A DNA stretch of 64,000 bases, taken from Sphagnum compactum (taxonomy: Eukaryota). The stretch spans positions 10,034,213-10,098,212 of the forward strand of contig OZ234493.1 of the NCBI GenBank assembly GCA_965153455.1, in the 5' to 3' direction. Under the pieces are notes generated by a model. The model did no database searches. It had not been told where the DNA came from and worked only from the letters and a program-made list of their open reading frames with translations. Position 1 is the stretch's first letter. Each line of letters opens with the position of its first letter. Shown in pieces: positions 59,412-64,000 of this stretch. The position numbers and the translations under genes are program-made.

Positions 59412-62400
59412 TACACTGATACCAGCAGTAAAGAATAATCAAGTGCATGACTTCAAAAAGTCATCCACTCTCTCTCTGCCTTATGTGCCTTCCCACAGTA
59501 AGCTCCTAACCTTGATTTTCTTTTTGTTTGTAGCTAGCATAATCATACCTTCCATTGCTATTTTTATTCATCTATTTAAGTATATGAGGGAAAAAAAAAA
59601 ACCCATCAAGGAAAATGAGCCTGTTTGGGTTTGAAATTTGTTGTCACCAAAAAAAAATGTTAACATTTGACATGACTTCAAATTAAAGAAAATAACTTTA
59701 TTTTCCCACTAGTAATATGTTCCCACACTTTGAAAGAGACTTGTCTTGTTTTGACATGTGTATGAGAAGAACCATCTTTGAAGCTCACACCACTAGGTAT
59801 GAAGCTACTATTTTTCATGTAGTTTTTTCTACTCATGACATTTGTAACTTGAGATTGTTGCTTGTTACTAACATCATGTCTATTATATTGGAAGTTTAAT
59901 GTTGGTGATGTCTCATTGTGCATGTGTCAGATGGGAGTTTGCAACTCATAGTGTAGGCTTGCTTCCAACAAGGCTTTCATTGATGATTTATTTGTTATTC
60001 ATATGTTTTCAATTGAAGATTTGATTCAAAGTTTAGTTCAAATTTTATTACGTGAAAAATCAATGTACTTTAAATTATCAAGAGGTCATTGGGCACTTGG
60101 TTTGTTATTTCTCACCTTGTTGACTTCATTTTCTTGGATTTAAAATAATTCTGAAAACAAGTCCTTGCCTTTAGGTCTTAGCACACATTGATAGGTAGTG
60201 TTAGTTGAGAGCCAAAAAACTACAATGTGTGAAGTGCTAATGATTGTGAAATTTATCTTTTCATAGGAAGTGGTTCAAGGTTCCTACCAACCTCCTTGTA
60301 CATTGAAGCTTAAGAATATGAAAGCCATAAATATAACAATGTTGACCATTGTTTCAAGGTGCAAACTACAAGTTGTGAGAACACAACACCATAAGTTGGA
60401 ACAATTGAAGAGTCCAAGAGTCATGGTAGATTCTAGGGTCATTCTTAGAAATGTAGGTGAAGTATTGAACTTGTTTAATCTAGTGACAAGGTTGAAATCT
60501 TGGCATCTATTGTGTAAAATGATGTAAAAACCTCACATGTTTGCATCTCAGAATGGAATTTCTTTTACATGTAGTTCACAACCTTCCACCAAAGATCTTG
60601 GTAGCATTGGAGCAAATGTTATTTACCACAATTTCTACTTGGGGTGTCATCAAGGTTCAACTTCAAAATAGTGCATCTAATATTGGGATTGTAGTAATAA
60701 ATCTCAAAGCTTGGAATAGCAATGTTGTTGTCAGTGTTTGGTAGAATTGGCCAATGGTGGTGACCATGGATAGGGCAACATTCCACCAATGGTGGTAGAG
60801 GTTCGACACTTGGAGTAACAACATGGTCATTGTTTGACAAAGCTAAGCAATAATAATAACAATATAAACAAGGTAAGGACTTAAAGATGATGACACTTTA
60901 GTAAATAGGGTGACACAAATATGGTAATGGTGCACAAGGCAAAGGTGTCAACCAACTCTAGCAAATTTGGTGCGCATGAATTATAACAATTATGACTCCA
61001 TGAGTTCTAACAATGATGCCTACACAAAGCTTGGCTTCAATGATGGCGGCAACCAACTTTGGCAACAACACCCAGAAGTTATGACGATGATGCCTACAAA
61101 TGTTTGCAATAATGGTTGGGGAAAGCTTGGCTATGGTGATGGCAATGAAGACCCAATGGGCCAAGGGGGACATTAAATTTTAAACTTTTTTATTACATGT
61201 GTCAAACAAGGATGTTTTGTGGGGTTTAGGTGAGGGACTTTTGTTTTTTCCATCTTATTATTATCTTATGTCTAATTATAATTTTATGTTTGCATGCGAT
61301 TTCAATATTATATGTTCATTTTAATTTTAATAAAGGTCTTGGAATTAAAAAGGAACTTAGGATTGTTCTTTTAGATGTGGATCATTTGCATTGCATGGTC
61401 AGTGGGGACATGTAAGATTGTTACTTCAATGTCTTCCAACAATCCATTTTGATCCAAATAAGGTCAATAAATCTTGTGGCCAACACAATTTCCATTACAA
61501 TTTAAACATATGAAAATTTGAAATTAATCAACAATAAAAACCGATCCAACTTGTAATTGAAAATATTAATATTGGTCAATATTGGTCATTGTAAGTTCAA
61601 TCCTTAGCTAGTTTTTGGCACATGCATGAACAATAAAAACAAAACAAAAAACCTAACCTAATTAATAATTTCTATGATCTTACAATATAACATGTTTAAC
61701 ACCTCACAATGTGATCACAAAATATATATAATGGATTACTTCTAACCTATTGTATGTTATGGACTACCAAATTTATTATGGTGTTTTTAAATTTTCACAT
61801 CTTTTTGATGTTGGTGGTGATTCTTTGGGGACATTGAATTGCAAATTTTGTGAAATAGTTCATAAAGACATATGAGGTTGACAATTGATTACTCATTAAA
61901 TTTGTTTAATTGTGGCATTCTATTTGTGTGTATGCTTAGCATTACACAATTGAGCTCCATGTTTCATTGATTGAATCAAAAAAAAATTAATACGTTTGTG
62001 CATACTTGCCCTCAAGGATAAATCAAACATTTTGATTTTTGCATTTTGAAATGAGATTTGTGCATGATCCCATTGGGTTTGGCCCTTGTATATTGTCTAA
62101 ATACTTGCAGAATGTGGACATTTTTTTCATATTTAATTAATGCATATATGTTTCTTAAACCTTAAATAGGGGTATATATGATAGGACTCAAACTCTCCTC
62201 ATGTACTACATAATTTTTGCATACGTAAAACCTTTCTTGGTGGAAAGAAAATAATGTTAATATAACTTTATTTGATGGGTAAAACCCATTAAAAAAAAAA
62301 ACCCCTTATTCACAGGGATATATAAAAAACAACATACCCATAGAACCATGGTTCTAACCATTTAGGTGCACTTACTTACCCACTAAAGTGACCTAGTTTT

Positions 62401-64000
62401 GTTTTTACGAACCCACATGACCTATTTTTGCACAGTGAAGATCACTAAGATGAAATTCTATGACATAAAAACTTGGGCACACAATAATCAAAACAAGGAA
62501 CATGTATATTAAATGATAAAGCCACTTTCAGAATTACCCACTAGCTTTGAGCCTGTGGCCACCTAAATCAAAGCCAGTGGCCTCGTAAATTCTTGCCATC
62601 ACCAACAAAGAAAGGCTTGAGGTCTCTAAAGGGTTTGATCTCTCTCTTTTGAGCCCACTGGCCTTCCTTCTTTTTTCAAATTTTTTAGACCACATAAACC
62701 TAGAACAACATTAAACTTCCATAAGAACCCAAATCCCAGATTACATTTTGTAACATCGACCCTTGAGTCCAAATAGATTGCATAAACCAGTATTCATTAC
62801 ACCACCCTTCAAATTGACAACACATAAAAAAAAGAAAACAACACAATTCAACTCCCCATTGACTACTTCACAAGTTTTACAAATAATCATAACCCCTTTA
62901 TATGATCCACCTTGTAAAATTAACCTGACACACACACACATTGAGAAGATTCTAGATCGCTCTTGAGACCCCTAAGATTTTCATCATCCCCCTCGTCATC
63001 AACCTTCAAATCCACCTCCTAGTCTAAAATTTTATCTCTCAAAGTACATTGTGCAACGAATTTCTCAGTACTTCTGTTACAACCCAAAAATTTAGCCTAC
63101 CTCCCCAAAAACCTTTGGAAAACCAAAAAACATTCCCATCCCCCACTTATCTACCTTGTTGTTCTTTTTTCTTCAGCTCCACAGCGAGAGTTCCGTCGAC
63201 TCCCCCATCGCTTGGTAGCTCCCTTGCCTCACATTCAGCAAGTGTCCAATAATATCCACTCCATCTCACTCATCCCAAATAAAAGAAAACGACATAGAAA
63301 CATCAAAGCCATAAACACCACCGCATCTCCATCATTCCTTTTCCTTATCTCCATTGTTGTCGTGCGTAACCACCCCCAACCGAAAATAGGAGAAAACGTT
63401 TTTCCTTGAAACCCTAAAACTTTTTCCTATTCACATCCAAACCCTAAACTTAAAAATTTGTTACAACTCAACCTCAACTCAATTGGAGTTCATCAACAAT
63501 TAGGTAAGAACAGGCTTCAATAATTAATGGATGGTGTGGTGATGGCTGTTGCTTCCCTCTATGCCTATAGGTGCATAAGTTCTTGTTGAATCCACATGAT
63601 AGCCACCGACTCACCAATAAAGCACCCTATAATTTAGGGTTATTTAGAACATTTGCACAAAATTTCTCTAGTCAATAGAGTTATTAGTAAAGTCTTGCGA
63701 TTAGGGTGTGAGAATGACCAGTTTTGGCAGAATAGGGCATCAGGCGTGTAATTAGGAATGACAATTTTAAAAAGTGAAGTAACTGGGACCCAAACTAGTT
63801 TTTCCACCAATTTTGGTGGTAAACTGAGATTCATCCTGTCTTTCCTTACTTTGCAGATACCGCTGAAAGAGGGGATAGGGGGTGAAAGCATGCCCAAAGA
63901 CAGGGTGAAGACAGAGTGACTTTGCAGATAACTCTAATGTCAATCTTGTATTAGTTGAATATCTATAGCATATGCAATTCAGCTCAAGAACTCTAGATTT

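Overview
AT-rich eukaryotic DNA with spliceosomal GT-AG signals and strong C>T/G>A decay in repeats, most consistent with a land plant. The repeat style suggests a bryophyte such as a moss, which is inference. The window is essentially a transposon graveyard, and no intact host gene, RNA gene or CRISPR array could be supported. Main contents: (1) a near full-length, GC-rich, recently inactivated L1/Tx1-like LINE (~20355-27706). It has a long ORF1 (DUF4283-like domain, CCHC knuckle and an extra C-terminal domain), an ORF2 (APE endonuclease, RT, zf-RVT), a ~17-bp flanking direct repeat and no poly(A) tail. (2) A 7.2-kb Mutator-like element (27971-35179; TIRs and 9-bp TSD) with no recognisable transposase. 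It carries a spliced C2H2 zinc-finger gene, a possible convergent second gene, and arrays of one short motif in both orientations. This is the best candidate for an undescribed system, possibly a VANC-like anti-silencing module. (3) Decayed hAT (9790-11985) and PIF/Harbinger (43685-46110) coding remnants. (4) Many non-autonomous elements with checkable termini: Helitrons, MULE-MITEs, hAT-MITEs with GTNNNNAC targets, CACTA elements and a pogo-like MITE. All coordinates and alignments were read by eye.
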